Of a stretch of DNA of 64,000 bases, positions 37,178 through 51,100 are shown piece by piece. The notes below the pieces were generated by a model. That model was not told the DNA's origin, searched no databases, and saw only the letters and a list, made by a program, of their open reading frames with translations. This DNA comes from Halocafeteria seosinensis (Eukaryota): NCBI GenBank assembly GCA_001687465.1, contig LVLI01000325.1, positions 62,001-126,000 on the forward strand, given 5' to 3'. Positions within the stretch are counted from its first letter, which is position 1, and each line of letters begins with the position of its first letter. The position numbers and the translations under genes are program-made.

Positions 37178-37840
37178 TCATGCCATTTCCGCGCGCATGC
37201 TGTAAAATTCCGTGAGAGAGCGACTGCCAATCAACGGTTGTGGTCGGTCGGTAAAAACAAGTTTCTTTCTAACCACTCCCCGAACAACAAACGAATTGCT
37301 AGTTTGTGGAGAACCGTCCTCATTCATTGGCACGTCCGCGTCATTGGTATCATCATGCTTGCTTTGCGCTGTTTCCGTAACATGCTCTTTCTGAACTTTC
37401 TGTACTATGATTTGTGGTTTGGATAGTGTCTCAATTCGCCCAGTGATCCTGTGACCTCCAATAACGAGCGTCGGGTTCCCTTTTGAGTCTAGTGAAATGA
37501 TTTTTCCCAGAATTACTCCGTTCAATTGAGCATTGCCGTCAACTACGTTCTTGGGCATCTGCGCCTCGCTCTGTGTCTGCGTTAAAGGAGAGAGCACGGA
37601 GGCTGGGCTGCTCTTTTGAGGCGTCGTGTTTGTTTGAATTCCATCACCCCCTTCTTTATTTTCAGTAGTCTCTGTCGTATCAGTTCTCTGTTTCTTGGAA
37701 ATATGCACACGCGCATTCGTCGTCTGACTGGCTTCCGTGCATTCAAGGGAGCCTTGGAGCTCCAGAAGAGCAAACTCCTCCTTGTCTCCAGCAATGCCAT
37801 CCGAATCCTGCGACCACAACGCACGCAGAGGGATCAGCAT
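37178..37840 (-). CDS. CTF8: Chromosome transmission fidelity protein 8 (Ctf18-RFC subunit)
   Basis: EFALLELQGSL, LGKI, PTLVIGGHRITGRIETLSKP.IIVQK, VVRGVVRKKLVFTDRPQPLI. Confidence 0.88.
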   Translation of the reverse strand: MLIPLRALWSQDSDGIAGDKEEFALLELQGSLECTEASQTTNARVHISKKQRTDTTETTENKEGGDGIQTNTTPQKSSPASVLSPLTQTQSEAQMPKNVVDGNAQLNGVILGKIISLDSKGNPTLVIGGHRITGRIETLSKPQIIVQKVQKEHVTETAQSKHDDTNDADVPMNEDGSPQTSNSFVVRGVVRKKLVFTDRPQPLIGSRSLTEFYSMRAEMA

Positions 37841-38187
37841 TTTTTCCAACAACAGCAAAATAAACCTCCAAATTGTTGTCTCTCTCTCTATATATATATA
37901 TATTCACTTCATGGCCAGATAGAATGCATAATTTGGCATCTCAATGATCTCATTGCAGCTGTGTATGCGCATGAATCGTGGCGAGTGTTTGAATTTCCAA
38001 CTGGGTGAAACTAATGTTTGACAGGTCGTGCCGCATCCTCAGGATTCCAGTGAGTCAGGAACTCATTTGTTTTAGATTAGATGTGTATAGAGACCCCATA
38101 CCCTCAATATTACTGCAAGGAAGAGGTAGAAAAGAAAACAACGTGCTAAGAATCGACGCTGGGGAGTTCCTAGGAGAGAAAGGAGAA

Positions 38188-39027
38188 ATGGCGGCGAAGA
38201 AACACAATATCTTGTTGCTGTTTGATGTGGATGGCACACTGACGTATCCACGCTCTGTATGTTTCTATATAGTGAGAACACACCTCTATGCGCCGATATC
38301 GATGACCTTGTTTTGTTGGCTTGGTGTACAGAAAGCATCACAGGAGACACTGGACTATTTGCAGTCATTGCGGCAACATGTTTACACCGGCATGGTTGGA
38401 GGTTCCGATATGGTGAAGCAGCAGCAGCAATTAGGTGAAAATGTACTCGATATGTTCGATTACGTGTTTCCCGAGAACGGTCTGATTGCATACAAGGATG
38501 GGAAACAGATTTCAGAGAAGATGACGTTCAAAGACTATTTGGGAGAGGAGAAACTTCGCAAGTTCCTCGACTACTGCTTGTGGTACTTGGGTACACAAGT
38601 TGAGTGCCCAGTAAAACGAGGCACATTTATAGAGTTTAGAGCGAGTATGCTGAACATTAGTCCAGTGGGTAGGAATTGCTCCCGGGAGGAGCGCGACCTG
38701 TTTGAGAAATATGATGACGAGCACCAAACCCGGAAGAAGATGGTGGAAGCCCTTCAGAAACAGTTCCCAGATTATGGGCTGAAATACAGTATCGGAGGGC
38801 AAATAAGCTTTGATGTGTTCCCAATCGGCTGGGATAAAACTTATTGCTTGAATCACCTGCGTAAAGAGAAATTTGATAAAATCTATTTCTTTGGAGACAA
38901 AACATCTCCAGGGGGGAACGACTATGAGTTGTTTGTCAGTGAAGAGGTGGAGGGTAGGTCGGTGAAGGACGGCCCAAACGATACCGTTCAACATTGTAGG
39001 GAGATTCTTTCTCATCTGGATACATAG
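38188..39027 (+). CDS. PMM: Eukaryotic HAD-family phosphomannomutase (PMM2/Sec53 type); likely in-frame 75-nt intron at 38257-38331
   Basis: LFDVDGTLT, VGGSD..KQ..QLG, FPENGL, KRGTFIEFR.SMLNISPVGRNCS, YSIGGQISFDVFPIGWDKTYCL, FFGDKT.PGGNDYE. Confidence 0.97.
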   Translation: MAAKKHNILLLFDVDGTLTYPRSVCFYIVRTHLYAPISMTLFCWLGVQKASQETLDYLQSLRQHVYTGMVGGSDMVKQQQQLGENVLDMFDYVFPENGLIAYKDGKQISEKMTFKDYLGEEKLRKFLDYCLWYLGTQVECPVKRGTFIEFRASMLNISPVGRNCSREERDLFEKYDDEHQTRKKMVEALQKQFPDYGLKYSIGGQISFDVFPIGWDKTYCLNHLRKEKFDKIYFFGDKTSPGGNDYELFVSEEVEGRSVKDGPNDTVQHCREILSHLDT

Positions 39028-39109
39028 GACACCTATATGAGTACAGAAATTGCAATGGGTATTATTGTGTATATTTGATGCCGTGCGGACCAACGTAACG
39101 GGAACCGCA

Positions 39110-42100
39110 CTAGGTATCAGGCGGACTATACGTGTTGCCCACTTTGTAGACAGAATTAACCTGAGCCTTATTTCCTCCTCGTCCACGACCTCTACCGCGC
39201 CCTCTTCCTCGCCCCCGGGTTGAGCTTCCATACCCAGCACTCTGAAGTGCACTTATTTGGTTGAACTCTTGCTTTCGTGAGCTCTTAGCCGCTCTCACCG
39301 ATGACATTTGCTTTGATGAAGCTTTTCGCGAGAATGATCTGCGTTGTTTCAGTTGCCTAACTTGTTTGTTCAGAGAGGACACTTCCTCTTGGAGATCGTT
39401 TAAGTATGTTTTAACAGATCTCCACATCAACGTGTTTGGCGGTTCCGGACTACCGAGTTGGTCCATAATTTGATCCTTGATGTCGCCATCTAATACCTTC
39501 GTCTCGTCGTTCATTCTTGAGGAACTTCCTAGTGTCATCATTGGGTTCACGGAGGTTTCAGCATCTTCATCATTATGTCCCAAAAGGTTCTTCTGCTCCT
39601 CCTCCAGCTCAATCGTACTTTTCTTCTTCGTCATAACCTTACAGTGTCGGCTGAACCACTCAGGACACAACCCACTGGATAACTCAGCAAACACCACGAT
39701 GCCGAAATATATCAATGACGTTACAATTATTAGAATCGTTATGACAGCAAGGGCCGTCCGCCCTCCTTCGCTCTCTCCATCCCGTAATTGCCGGCTTTGG
39801 AACATTACTCCGGCTAGAGAGACTAGCATCGCACTACCAAGCAGCACAGATTCTACGGTGTTGTGGTTCGTAAAAGAGGAAGTCGGACCTTGCCGACTCT
39901 TCTCGACGATTGATTTCATGTCAGTCTTGCGGGCTCGTTTCATCGTTTCGGTCTTCCTAAAAATATCTTTCAGTTCGGCATTTAACATCATGTGCTTCGG
40001 ATCTCCGGCTTTTACCCGTTGCTGGTGGTAAAGCCATTGGGAATGGTACTCAGCTGTTGACATGTAGGGGTAATGCTTTACGTGGAGGGCAAAGGAACCA
40101 AACAGTATCAACATTGCTAGCGCCATCTGAAACGCAGGAGTTCGTTGGAACATAAGCGCTGTTAGAGATATCCCAAATTTTCTCAGAAGAATAAATCCAA
40201 TCCAATACCATTTCCCGGGTTTGAAATTATAGTATAGCTTCTGGAATTTTTTCCGAAAGGGATAGCATTCTTCGTTACTGAGGCTGCGTTCCCCTCCGAA
40301 GCCCTGGGTTCGAAGGTACTGGTCAATTTTTACTAACTTCTTGTTTTTCTTGAGCGTCCGCATTACAAACGCGGGAAAACCAATAACGTACACTGCGGTT
40401 GTCACAATAGCCCACGGGAAAAGTTGCATGTGCAAGCCACCGGGTTTGAAGCAAGGCTTAAACACTGCCTGCATATATCCGTGCGGATACCCGTCTGGAG
40501 GGTCGGTCGGTCCACAGTTAAACACATCAAAACTTGTACGAGTTAGCTGGAAGTACAGAATATATAGGGTCGTAACCGATGCTCCGATAAGAATAGGAAG
40601 ATGAGAATTCCGTTTGGAAGAAGGAACATTGCGAATCAAAGCCTTATTGAGGTAGCTGAGGACGTGTATGACCAAAAACACTGACATTATTCCTACAGGA
40701 AGGACCATAACTGCGGCCCATTTCGTCGCAAAACCGACGTTCGTCGAGCACTCGGGAGCTGCCAGATCCACGTTTAAGTTGAAAACCGACAATGCAGTAA
40801 AAAAGTCCCGAACAAATAATGGCCATTGCACGTCCGATCGAGCAAACATCGCAAGAACTTGGAAGTAATCTATACCAATCATCACGAATGCCAAGTTGAT
40901 TTGCTTCTTGTTAAGGTGGTATCCTATCGCAGCCGCCGCAATGACACCCAAGATAAACAAGCACAGTAGTAGAATTGGATTGCTGGGGCACGTTCGACAC
41001 TTTCCATCCATTCGAAAGAAATCGTCAGCACATTCTCCACATCGATGCCCACTGTATGCTTCAGCACATTTGTTGTCTTGTGCGCAAGCTTCCTTGGGGC
41101 TACATGCTACAAACACGGGGCAACTGCCCGAAAACTTGCCCGGTCGGCGAAGCCGCTCCCTGGGACATAGGCTTGAGTCTTCTGTAATATCACCTCTATT
41201 AACAAGAGAGGAGCCATTGGGAGCGCGCCCTTCGGCAGGTACATACGTCCTCCAAAAGCCTTCAGCAGCTACAGGTTCGTTGTACTCTTCGCATATCATG
41301 GAATTATGTTCATTGTACCTTTGGCATCGAGGGCGTTCACAAATTGCACCTTCTGGGCATTTGAGGCAAAGTTCTCCAGGCTGTCCATAATACCCTTCAA
41401 CACATTCGTATGCGACTAGCCGCTCACTGGCAGGAAAGACGTTTTGCTGGAGTGCAACCCATACTGAGATGCGTTTGGATCCGACAGTATCTTCCTGCAT
41501 ATCGCAAGTCAGCTGCTTGTGGGGTGTCAACATTTGTGGGTTCAGACATTGAACATCATCAATGGTAATGTTAATCGGCGGCCCTTCAAGTCCAAAGTTA
41601 TCTCCTCGAATCCTCAGTTTTTCTTCAGACACAGCATTAGGGGTATTTGGGGAGAAAGAGCTGATAGAGGCGGCCTGATAAGATATGCGGAACACTTGCG
41701 ACGTTTTGCTCCCAACGGTTACGGTTAGCGGTAGGCCTCTACCGAAACTTTCCGGCAATTCACAGTCGATACTAGTGTGGGAATGAGATCGGTTGTAAGG
41801 AATGTCGGTGGGGCGTTCACACCTAACGGTCTGCAGCACAACGTCATCAATGGAAAAGCGATTTAGTCGCAACTGCTCCCATGGCGTCTCCATCGAGGGA
41901 ATCTTCACCTCCACCGGTTCTTCAGGGATGCATTGCTTTCCCCGAGGATCACACAGTGGTTTTCCAAAGTTCTCTCCCGATATTGTAATAGTGCATCCCT
42001 GGGTCGGGCACTGCCTATTAACTCCGCTAATAACGGGTGCTTCGTACTCAAACAAGATATCTTCGTCACTTTCCTCTAGAGAACTCTGGCCACCAACTGT

Positions 42101-45100
42101 CACATCTACAGCTTTCGGTTCTCCCTGTCCTTCCGGGAGCGAGAACACTATGAGCGAATGGTTCCAAAATGTTATATCCGAACGTTTAACTTCGACATGT
42201 GGATTCTGCCAAAGGGGTGCATCGGATGGATCAGCTCGCAATACAACAGGTGCCTCTTCATCGGGTGATGCGCCAAAGTTTTCTCCGAAAATCCTCACAG
42301 TAATGTTTCCTCTAGTCGGGCCTGTGGATGGGGAAATTGAGCGAACAACCGGGGCATCGTAGTTGAGTATTGCTGCCGAGCTCAAAGCAGCTTGCGTCCC
42401 CACGCGTACTTTCACCTCTTGCTTTCGGCCTGACCCTTCTGGGGCGATGCAGAAAATGGTGGTATGAGGGTCCGGCTCAGCTCTCAACAGAAGTCGCGTT
42501 CCGTCTTCTGGTTCCTCTCCTTCCCTAAGCAGGAGCTTGCATTCCCGATCTCCGATGGACACGTTAGGAAAAGTAACAAGTGAGTTACCAAAATTCAAGC
42601 CACGAATCACAAGTAAACTGCCTCCGGTGGTGGGACTGGTTAACTCTTGATGAATTAGTCGAGGTGCCGCATAGCGTATTCTAAGAGACTGAATTGATTC
42701 TGCATTCTCAGACGGGTCCAGCCTCGGATCACCCGCGAAGTATCGGACTCTGTAAGTTTGAGCATTTGCAGATTCCCTGAGAACGAAATCCGCCGTGGGC
42801 TTACCAACCGCCTCAGTTCCTGCATAACCAAAAATGTTGTCATGCACATTGTATTTTGATGCGACAACTATGTCACCCGGGGATATCTGCGTCGTCTCAT
42901 GCATAACTCCTGGTGGAATTTCCACAGAAGAAAACTCATGTGAATGGGCTGAGTCCACTGCGGTCTCAATATCCGCGGGATCCTCAAACTGCGGGGTCGG
43001 GGTCCCAGAATGACGCCATGTTGAGTGCGTGGAGGTGTTGCCCACAAAAACCGCCTGCCGGCTAACATTGAACGACCAACTACTGGGGATGTACGAGTGT
43101 CGAGAGGAAATGTCCACAGAACTGGAGGTCAACGGATTTCCGTACGGATGGTCTGGTGTCCGGAAACTTTGAAAAAAGCCAGTGATACCGAAACTATCAC
43201 CAAATAACATAATGAGGGCTCCAAATGTTGGCACCTCAGCTATGAACGTACTGCCATCATCCTCTCGGGAGACAGTGATTCCCATGTCTTGTCCAGAAAA
43301 TGTTATTGTATGGTCTGCATTGGGGCTTCTATCTAGATCAACCTGATTATGAGGATGGTTTTCAAAGGGAATCCCATTAACAGTCACTAGGTCTTCGAAG
43401 TCGTTTTCAACAATACTTAAACGCTGTTGCGGTACATCGTAGTTCTTGAACCCCACAACAGCTATTCCTGAAACGGCCGGCCGCGCGTAGTCTAGCTTTA
43501 TTGGGGCAGAAGTTTGTGTTTCCAACGTAACAGTCATGTCAACCTCGAATCCTTGACCCTCAGGAGTAGAACAAATAATTTCATATTCATTGTTGTCAGG
43601 ATCAACAACACGCGGACTGTTTTTCAGTAGCTCACATGTAGTGTTTCGCTCCCTTGGAAGTATTGGTGTACTAACTCCCTCGACGTTGGCAAATATTTGG
43701 GGCTGACCAACGTTAACTTCTGTGCTGGTGGTGTCATTGCGGACATCGTATATAGGGAACGAAATTACCATGCCGCCTCGAGTGGGTAGGTCAGGGGGAG
43801 TCCTTTCGAATGGGTGCCCTTCTTGGAAGCTCGGTTGCACAGCTTGCAGTTGGATTTCTTTGCTTTCATAGAAAAGACCATCTTCATTGTCATGGTTTGG
43901 TCTTCCTCCAGTGGGGAACAGTATCGGGAACCCTCGATTTGGATGACCCGGAGACACCACCCTTGCGGTAAGTATGTTAAACTCACCCTCCACGTCATGG
44001 AGCATCAGTTCGATAACATCGTGGGTCCACGAGCGTATCCTATTACCTTCCTTCACTCTTGGCTCTCTCGGGAGAATACCATTGTTCTTCGACACCATGC
44101 CAACTGCATCGCATGAGCCAAAATTCTTCCCTTTAAGCAAAATTCTCCATTCCGAACCCGCATCCTCCCGCACCATTGTCCTTGGTACTGGCTTCTCATA
44201 ACTGAATAGTGCTTCGTTGGAGAAGAGCGGATCTGAGCTGGTGCCTAAACTGGAGTCTTCCATTTTCAATACAACCTCGACAGAACGGTTCACACCAGCG
44301 CCCTCTGGCAAAACAAACTGCATTTGCTCCACTTGTTCTCCATCTCTCGAAACTGTATGATGATTACGCGTTGGAATCCATTTGTTCCATTTTGCGAAAC
44401 GGATGTAGGCAGTTGTTTTGGGGTCAAATGTAGCGAAGTTCCGGCCAATCACCGTGATTAATACAGCGCCATCAGTTGGTCCGGATGGCGGTGATATATC
44501 GTATATTACCGGATCGGCATAACTCCACCTAATCGTGCTTGCAGGTCCAATCTGCCCTTCTACTTTGACCTTCCAAACGTGATCGACGCCACTTCCGGGA
44601 ACTGTAGTACACTTTATAGTACTATGGTTGAGCACACGACATCGTTCCGCGGTGTACTCTTCGCCGGTGGGGCCATACTTTACCCATTCCAAGAATGTAT
44701 GATTTAAGGTGCCGCTATCTCCTCGGGGATCCTCCCATCGGAAATCACTCGGAGGACCAAAGCCGTTTCCAACGACAGTGATTTCCTCGCCGCCGAAGGT
44801 TGACGCGTGTTGAGACGCTTCCCCTGTTAAAGCTCCTATGACAGGCAGTTCATACGACGTTGACGGTGCAACGCTCCTTTGGCCATCAATAAACAGTGAC
44901 CATGTCAACCTAGTGCCTGCACCTGGAGCAGTCATACAGACAATTTGTTTGTGTTTCTCCTTAATTTTGCAATTCTCGGCTTCGAATTCGTCAAATCCCC
45001 CGATGGCGACTTGGTCCCCGTCGTAAGATGTTATTGTCCTCCTTTCAGAAGAATCATCTCCATAGACTACGCGGTCAATGTAATCTGTTTTAGCACCAAA

Positions 45101-48100
45101 GTTCCTTCCTTCGATGAGTATACCTTCACCGCCCCTCGTATCAAAAGGAACGAATGCGAGGGCATCCTCAGCTTCCAGACTTCGGTAGAAGGACACTATC
45201 GGGGGATGGTAGCTACTAGCATTCTGCACCCCGTAGTAGACATCGCTTGCCTGGCCTCCTATCCTCAGAACATAAACGAAGCTTTCACCAACCCCCTCAG
45301 GAGTCTCGCACTCTATCCTTGAGTGAGAAATCACGAGACAGTTTTGCAGCTCGAATCTTGCATTCAGAAACGCATGGGGAGAGAAGAAAGGGCTGTTACT
45401 ATAACGCGCACCGGACTCTTGAGCGGGGAAGAGGGTTTCTGCTCTACCAAAAAAGATTCGGAATTCATACAAGTGCTCCAGCTGTCTCCTTATGTCGAAA
45501 CGGGCATAACTCCACAGATCAAGATCGTCATAGCCCCTCTCGTACTCTTCGTATAGAGGATCGCCAGTACTCGGTTGTCCGAAGGAGTTTCCAATAATGC
45601 GCACAGTCTGTCCCCCTGCGGTGTCTGCGTTCCTTACACCAGGGCCTTCAACGCCAGTGATTCGAGGAGCCGCGTAAGCAGTAGTGATGTTGTCCAGTTC
45701 GGCCACAGGGATAGATGAAGCATTGAAAAACTCTTTAACGGAAGATTGTTGGCCTCCTACGAGCACGTGCCATACGTACCCAACTCCAACCCCGGGCGGA
45801 GTTTCGCATTGTATCTGCTCGTGGTTAACCTCTACTTCGCAGCTGGACGCAGCGACACCAACTATTGGTGACTGAAGATCCACAGTCGCGTTCCCGCTCC
45901 AAGAACTGCCCGGACTTTCTACGGCAATCTCAAATTGCACGGCAAACGCAAAGACCCTAGTATCCATATCCCCGAGGTTTTTACCCATTAGGAGGATTCG
46001 CTGTCCTCCTCGGGTATTCAGATTGCATCTTTCTGCTTCTGGCAGTTGGACCTGAGAAAGAGAAGGAGGGGCATAGCTACTGGCCAGCAGAAGCGACATG
46101 GTCGAACGTTCCATCAGGCGCGATAGAGTGCTGTCTTCACTCAGTGATCCATCGAGTAACGCTGAGGCGGCGGCAGCACTACTGTCGAGTCCGTCATCGC
46201 CTACAGTAAGTCTATGCTCCAAAGCGTTTCCCACTCCAGGAGGCGACTCACATATTACCTCCACATGAGCAATGGAGAGGCGGCAGCCGATACCTGAGTA
46301 AGATTCTTTTCGCTCAATCTCTGCAACGGTGCCATCCGTCTTCTCCACTGCTTCAACAAATTCGCTCACTATTTCCAAATCCACCAGTATGTCTTTAGAC
46401 GTATTTGAGAAGGGGCCAAAATTCTCTCCAGCAATAACGAGCTTTTCACCACCGGCAGTCGATAGACCTTGAGGACTGGCGGCGTTTACATAAACTCCAT
46501 GAAGACGCGGAGGCTGATAACCGAAATTGCTGACAACTGTGAGCCACTCTTCAACAGCGCTAACAATATCGGCCCCGCCAGAAGGGACTGCTGTGCTGGG
46601 AGTGTCCTGTAACGTTGCAGAGTCGTCAACGTCAAAGCGCCATCTTATTTGGCTTCCAACCCCGGGAGGGGCAGTACAGATAATTTCTGTGTTGGGAACC
46701 GCTATTTTGCAATGTTCCGATTCGAATTCCACTGCCCATTCCGTCACTTCACGGCCGACACCACCATGAACAATGACATCTTCTGCTGTCGCACCGCGCC
46801 GCTGAAGCTTCGAAGCAGTCGGACCAAGGTTTCTCCCTGTGATACGTAGTGCATCACCCCCCACAGTCGGTATGTCCTCCGACACGTTGAAGCTGTCAAT
46901 GCTCATGTCATCAATATCATTGACTATGACGATAGCCGTGACATTGGTAGCAAGTGCGGGTTCGCCACCATCTGACACTAGGATTCGCAATTCGTAGAAG
47001 TCCACGTCTTCGTAGTCCAAATGACCTTTCAGTTGCAGGCTTGGCTTATCTTCATCGGTAATACCCCATATACCATCGCTGTCGCCTTCCACTATCTCAA
47101 GGCTAAGTTTCCCATGGGAAACCGTGCTGGAGTCCGGATCCAGGACATGGACGTAATCTGGTGGACTACTTTCCTGGGATGCATGCACGAAGAGCTCACG
47201 AGGATTGCTGCTTTCGCTCGCGTCTTCTTCGATTTGGAACCAAAAGATACCATTGGATGTTGCCCCCGATCCAATATACGGTCGCTCGTTCAGATCACCC
47301 ACATCTATCTTCAACTCAGTGTTGTCGGTCAAACCATCTTTATCGGTGACGGTGATATTGAGAACGTAATACCTACCGCTGAGGCTTCCTTGAAACCACT
47401 CTGCCTCGAAATCCATAGGAGAGTTGGTCTTCACTTCGCCGGTAGTCTCGCTAACAACGAAGGGTGTCTCAGGTCGTTGGGGATGGTGGGGCAAGATATC
47501 TAGGATTCTGAACGTGTGGTCTTCGTTTCTATCGGGATCGCTCACCTCTACCACTCCAACATGCGTCCCAATAGGTACGAGTTCATCGACAGAAAGTGAG
47601 GACGTATTAATGCTTGGTTTGTTTGGCCTATCTAGGACGTCAATTGTAATCACAGCCGAGTCTGTCAGTCTCCCAATACCATCATCTTCTACGACTACAT
47701 CCATATAGATCTTGGGCTCTTCAGCGAAGGAAAGTCCCTCGCCAACGATCTTTATTTCACCGTCTTTATTCACATCCACCATAGACTCAGCCGTACTTGG
47801 GTGCCACCCAGTAACAAAGAGCGTATGGGAGTTCTTCGAATCCTCGTCCGAGTATATTATTGTGGCGTCATCAACAACCCCTAGTGGATGGCCTTCGGGT
47901 ATTTTAAAAGTTTGGTCATCCATCACAGGAGCATTGTTGTCAGCAACGATACTAAGAGTCACCGTCGCAGTGTCCCTCAAACCATGAGGATCTTTCACTT
48001 CCACAGTGATAGTAAATCTTTCCTCACCTTCCTCAACCTCCGGTGCTTCTTTTGCCAGCACAACAGTTCCATCTGGTGTAATGTCAAATAATTGGTTGCT

Positions 48101-51100
48101 ACCACCATCATCTAGAAGGGTATAATTCAATTTCGACCGGTCATCAACATCCTGATCTTCACCCACTAGCTGCGATGATCCCACACGGCTACCCCTTTCG
48201 GCTAGTGATTTCGTGGATCGGGAAGTGTCGTTCAATCGCGGAGGGTCGTTCTGATTCCAAAGGTCAATGGTAACCGAAGCTGATCCTTCCAAAGCACTGC
48301 CATTCACACCCCTGTCAGTCACGATGACCTCCACTTCATAAAACGCAGGCTCCGAACCAGTACTATAGAAGGAGTGGCCTTCATAATTTAGCAACGTCGT
48401 CCATGGGTAACTGTCAACTCCTTCGGCAACACAAATTCTTCCACCATCAGTGATCTCAAAGAGAAGAGACATGTTGGGCTTCACGCCTCCAACAGCGGCC
48501 CATTCAACTCTCCATGAAAGACCATCCTGGTCGGCGGTGCCGTCAGGATCCCAGGCAATAACAGTATCAAGATCGTGCGATTTCGGTTTGACGCATGTCC
48601 CAGGTGCCGCATTTTCTTCCAAGTAAAACGATTGCTCCTCATTGACCACTGGCGCATGATTTACATCCAGAATCTCGATATCCGCAGTCGCTGTTGAAAA
48701 AAGCCTTGGAGAACCATTATCCCCGGCTTGCACCACCGCTGTGTAGCGGTACCTTTCAGTAAAATTAAAGCTGCTGGAGCGAACGGTCAAATCCCCTGAG
48801 GATGCACCTACTGAAAAACGGCTAATCACCGTTTCATCATTTTCATCCTCTGGAAGTCTAAAAAATACTGACTGGCCCACATAGGTGTCTCGGTCTTGCA
48901 TGTTAAATGCTGCCCCAGGACCGACAAGGGTCGATGCACTCGCATCTTCACGGACTTGGAACGAGACAGGCTCTATCACGGGTGGGGTATTCACGTGTTG
49001 AAGATCAATAACAAAGACTGTGTTGCTTTCTGGGTTATTATCTTCATCTTTAGCCTGACAGACCATAGTGATGTCAAGGTGGGAATTCTCCTTATGATTT
49101 AGATCATCCTTCTGATGTGTCTCTACTTCGAGTTGATATGCTTCCTCTCTGAGATGAACCACTCCAAAAACACCATTTGGATCAACTACGTTACAATCAA
49201 TGATCACATCGGTTTTGTCCCTATCGTACACTCTAAATTCAGGACCCACTTTAGTTCCTGCAGGTGATCGTTCCTCCACTGTAAACGGGGAGCTTCCCGG
49301 GTCGGTAGAACCTCCTGGGAGCTCTACGCGCGGTGGCTGCCTGACTTTGTTGACGTCTATAACGACGGATGACGTAGATGTTTCGAACTTTCCATCGCTA
49401 ACGGTCACTCTCACTCGATATCGAGAAGCGCGCATATAATCTAGTCCTTCAGCCTGCCGATCGAAGAAAATAGCACCGTCGGACTCGATGGAGAATGGGT
49501 TCTCGCCACCATCTCCCTCTAGCAAGTCAATACTGTAGGACAATGTATCACCAACGTCGGGATCGTCGGCGGAAACTTTTCCACTATCCTGACCGTCGAC
49601 ACGGTCCCCCACAGTCGCGTCCTCATCGATATTGAAAAAATATTCCCCCTTCACGAAGTATGGCGGTTCAGGAACGTTGACGACTCTGATGACAACTTCC
49701 GCCGTATCTTGCAAAGGTGGGGTGCCGTCGTCCTCAACCCTAATTTCCAACCTATGACTTGGCTGCTCGGCAAAATCTAGCCCCTCTGCAGCTACCGTGA
49801 TTTGACCGCTGCAAGCCCCAATGCTAAACAGCGACGCATCACCCTCTAGTCCTTGAACAATCTTATACCGAACTTCTTGGCCAGCTTCGTCGTTCTCAGC
49901 GACCACTGGGTCACCAATTGGGTCGTTTAGGGCGGCATCTTCCGGCACGTCTCGAAAAAATTCGCTCTCGACGAAGACCGGAGGGTCATTTTCTCCCACT
50001 ACCTGAACAGAGAATCGACACGTTACCGTAGGTACATCGTTTGCAGCAACTTCCAAAGTTAGGAGATATTGAGGACAATCATCGAAGTCAAGGTTCTGTT
50101 CCTCGTCTGGCACGTCGATGGAGACTGTATACTCATCGTTATTGTCTTGCGGGGTTGCATGAAACGGCTGGAGTAGCGTGCATGTATCCACAGGATCCGG
50201 GCCCCCTGGATCTAGCCGCTGACCCAAGGAGAAGGCAAGTTCTCCGCTATTGGTACGACTTTTCACAACAATTTTCGCAAATGGCTCCCCCTTATGGCTA
50301 TTTTCAGAAACAGATACTCGTCCTCCTTCAAATTCATTGTCAGCCACTTGATTCTCACAGAGCATGCTGTCAGAATGAGACGTAGTGCTTGCCGCTGGAA
50401 TAAACTCTATTTTCCTTGATCGCTTTCCGGAGCCGCAGACGAATTCCTCTGGACACTTTTGCTGATCTTCCCGTTGGTCCGGTGGGGCATCTTCGGGAAG
50501 CGTGTAGTGCCCATCAGAAACTTGTATCGGTTCATCAGATCCGGGGGGACAGTAAAACGCTGTAGGGATGTCTTTCCCATTGCCACAGCTAACCTGCGTA
50601 GGATCAACAGACCCTGCAGGGCACCAAAATCCTTCCCTACATTCGCCAGAGCATGTACTGGACGTCATACCCTGCTCATCACCATAATATCCTGCAGGAC
50701 ATTTCTCGCGTACTCCGTTTTGACAGTAGTATCCCCGTGGACATTTGCGCTGTTCAGTACGGATGTTGCCCTCCTCAGGAAAGGTGTAGAATCCAGAATC
50801 AACAGTCTTTGGTTCTTCTCTTCCGGGAGGACAATATTTAGTTTCATCCCCACAATTTTGTTGCTGAGGGGATGACGACCCCGGCGGACAAAGATATCCT
50901 GCTTCGCATTCACCAGCGCAAGCGGAGGACGTCTCTCCTTGGTTTCCATACCGGCCAGCCTGGCAGATTTGCCCGGAGGGAGAAGAGCTGGTTTCACCCT
51001 CCTCACAGTAATACCCCGCATCGCATGCTCCAGAGCACTGTTGGGTCTGCAACCCTGCCGCGCTGCCGTATCTTCCAGCGGGACTGTACAACGCATGTTG

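Noticed and set aside
38512..39252. 246 aa minus-strand ORF
   Set aside because: Antisense shadow of PMM and alternate frame of the cadherin tail; no protein-like motifs.
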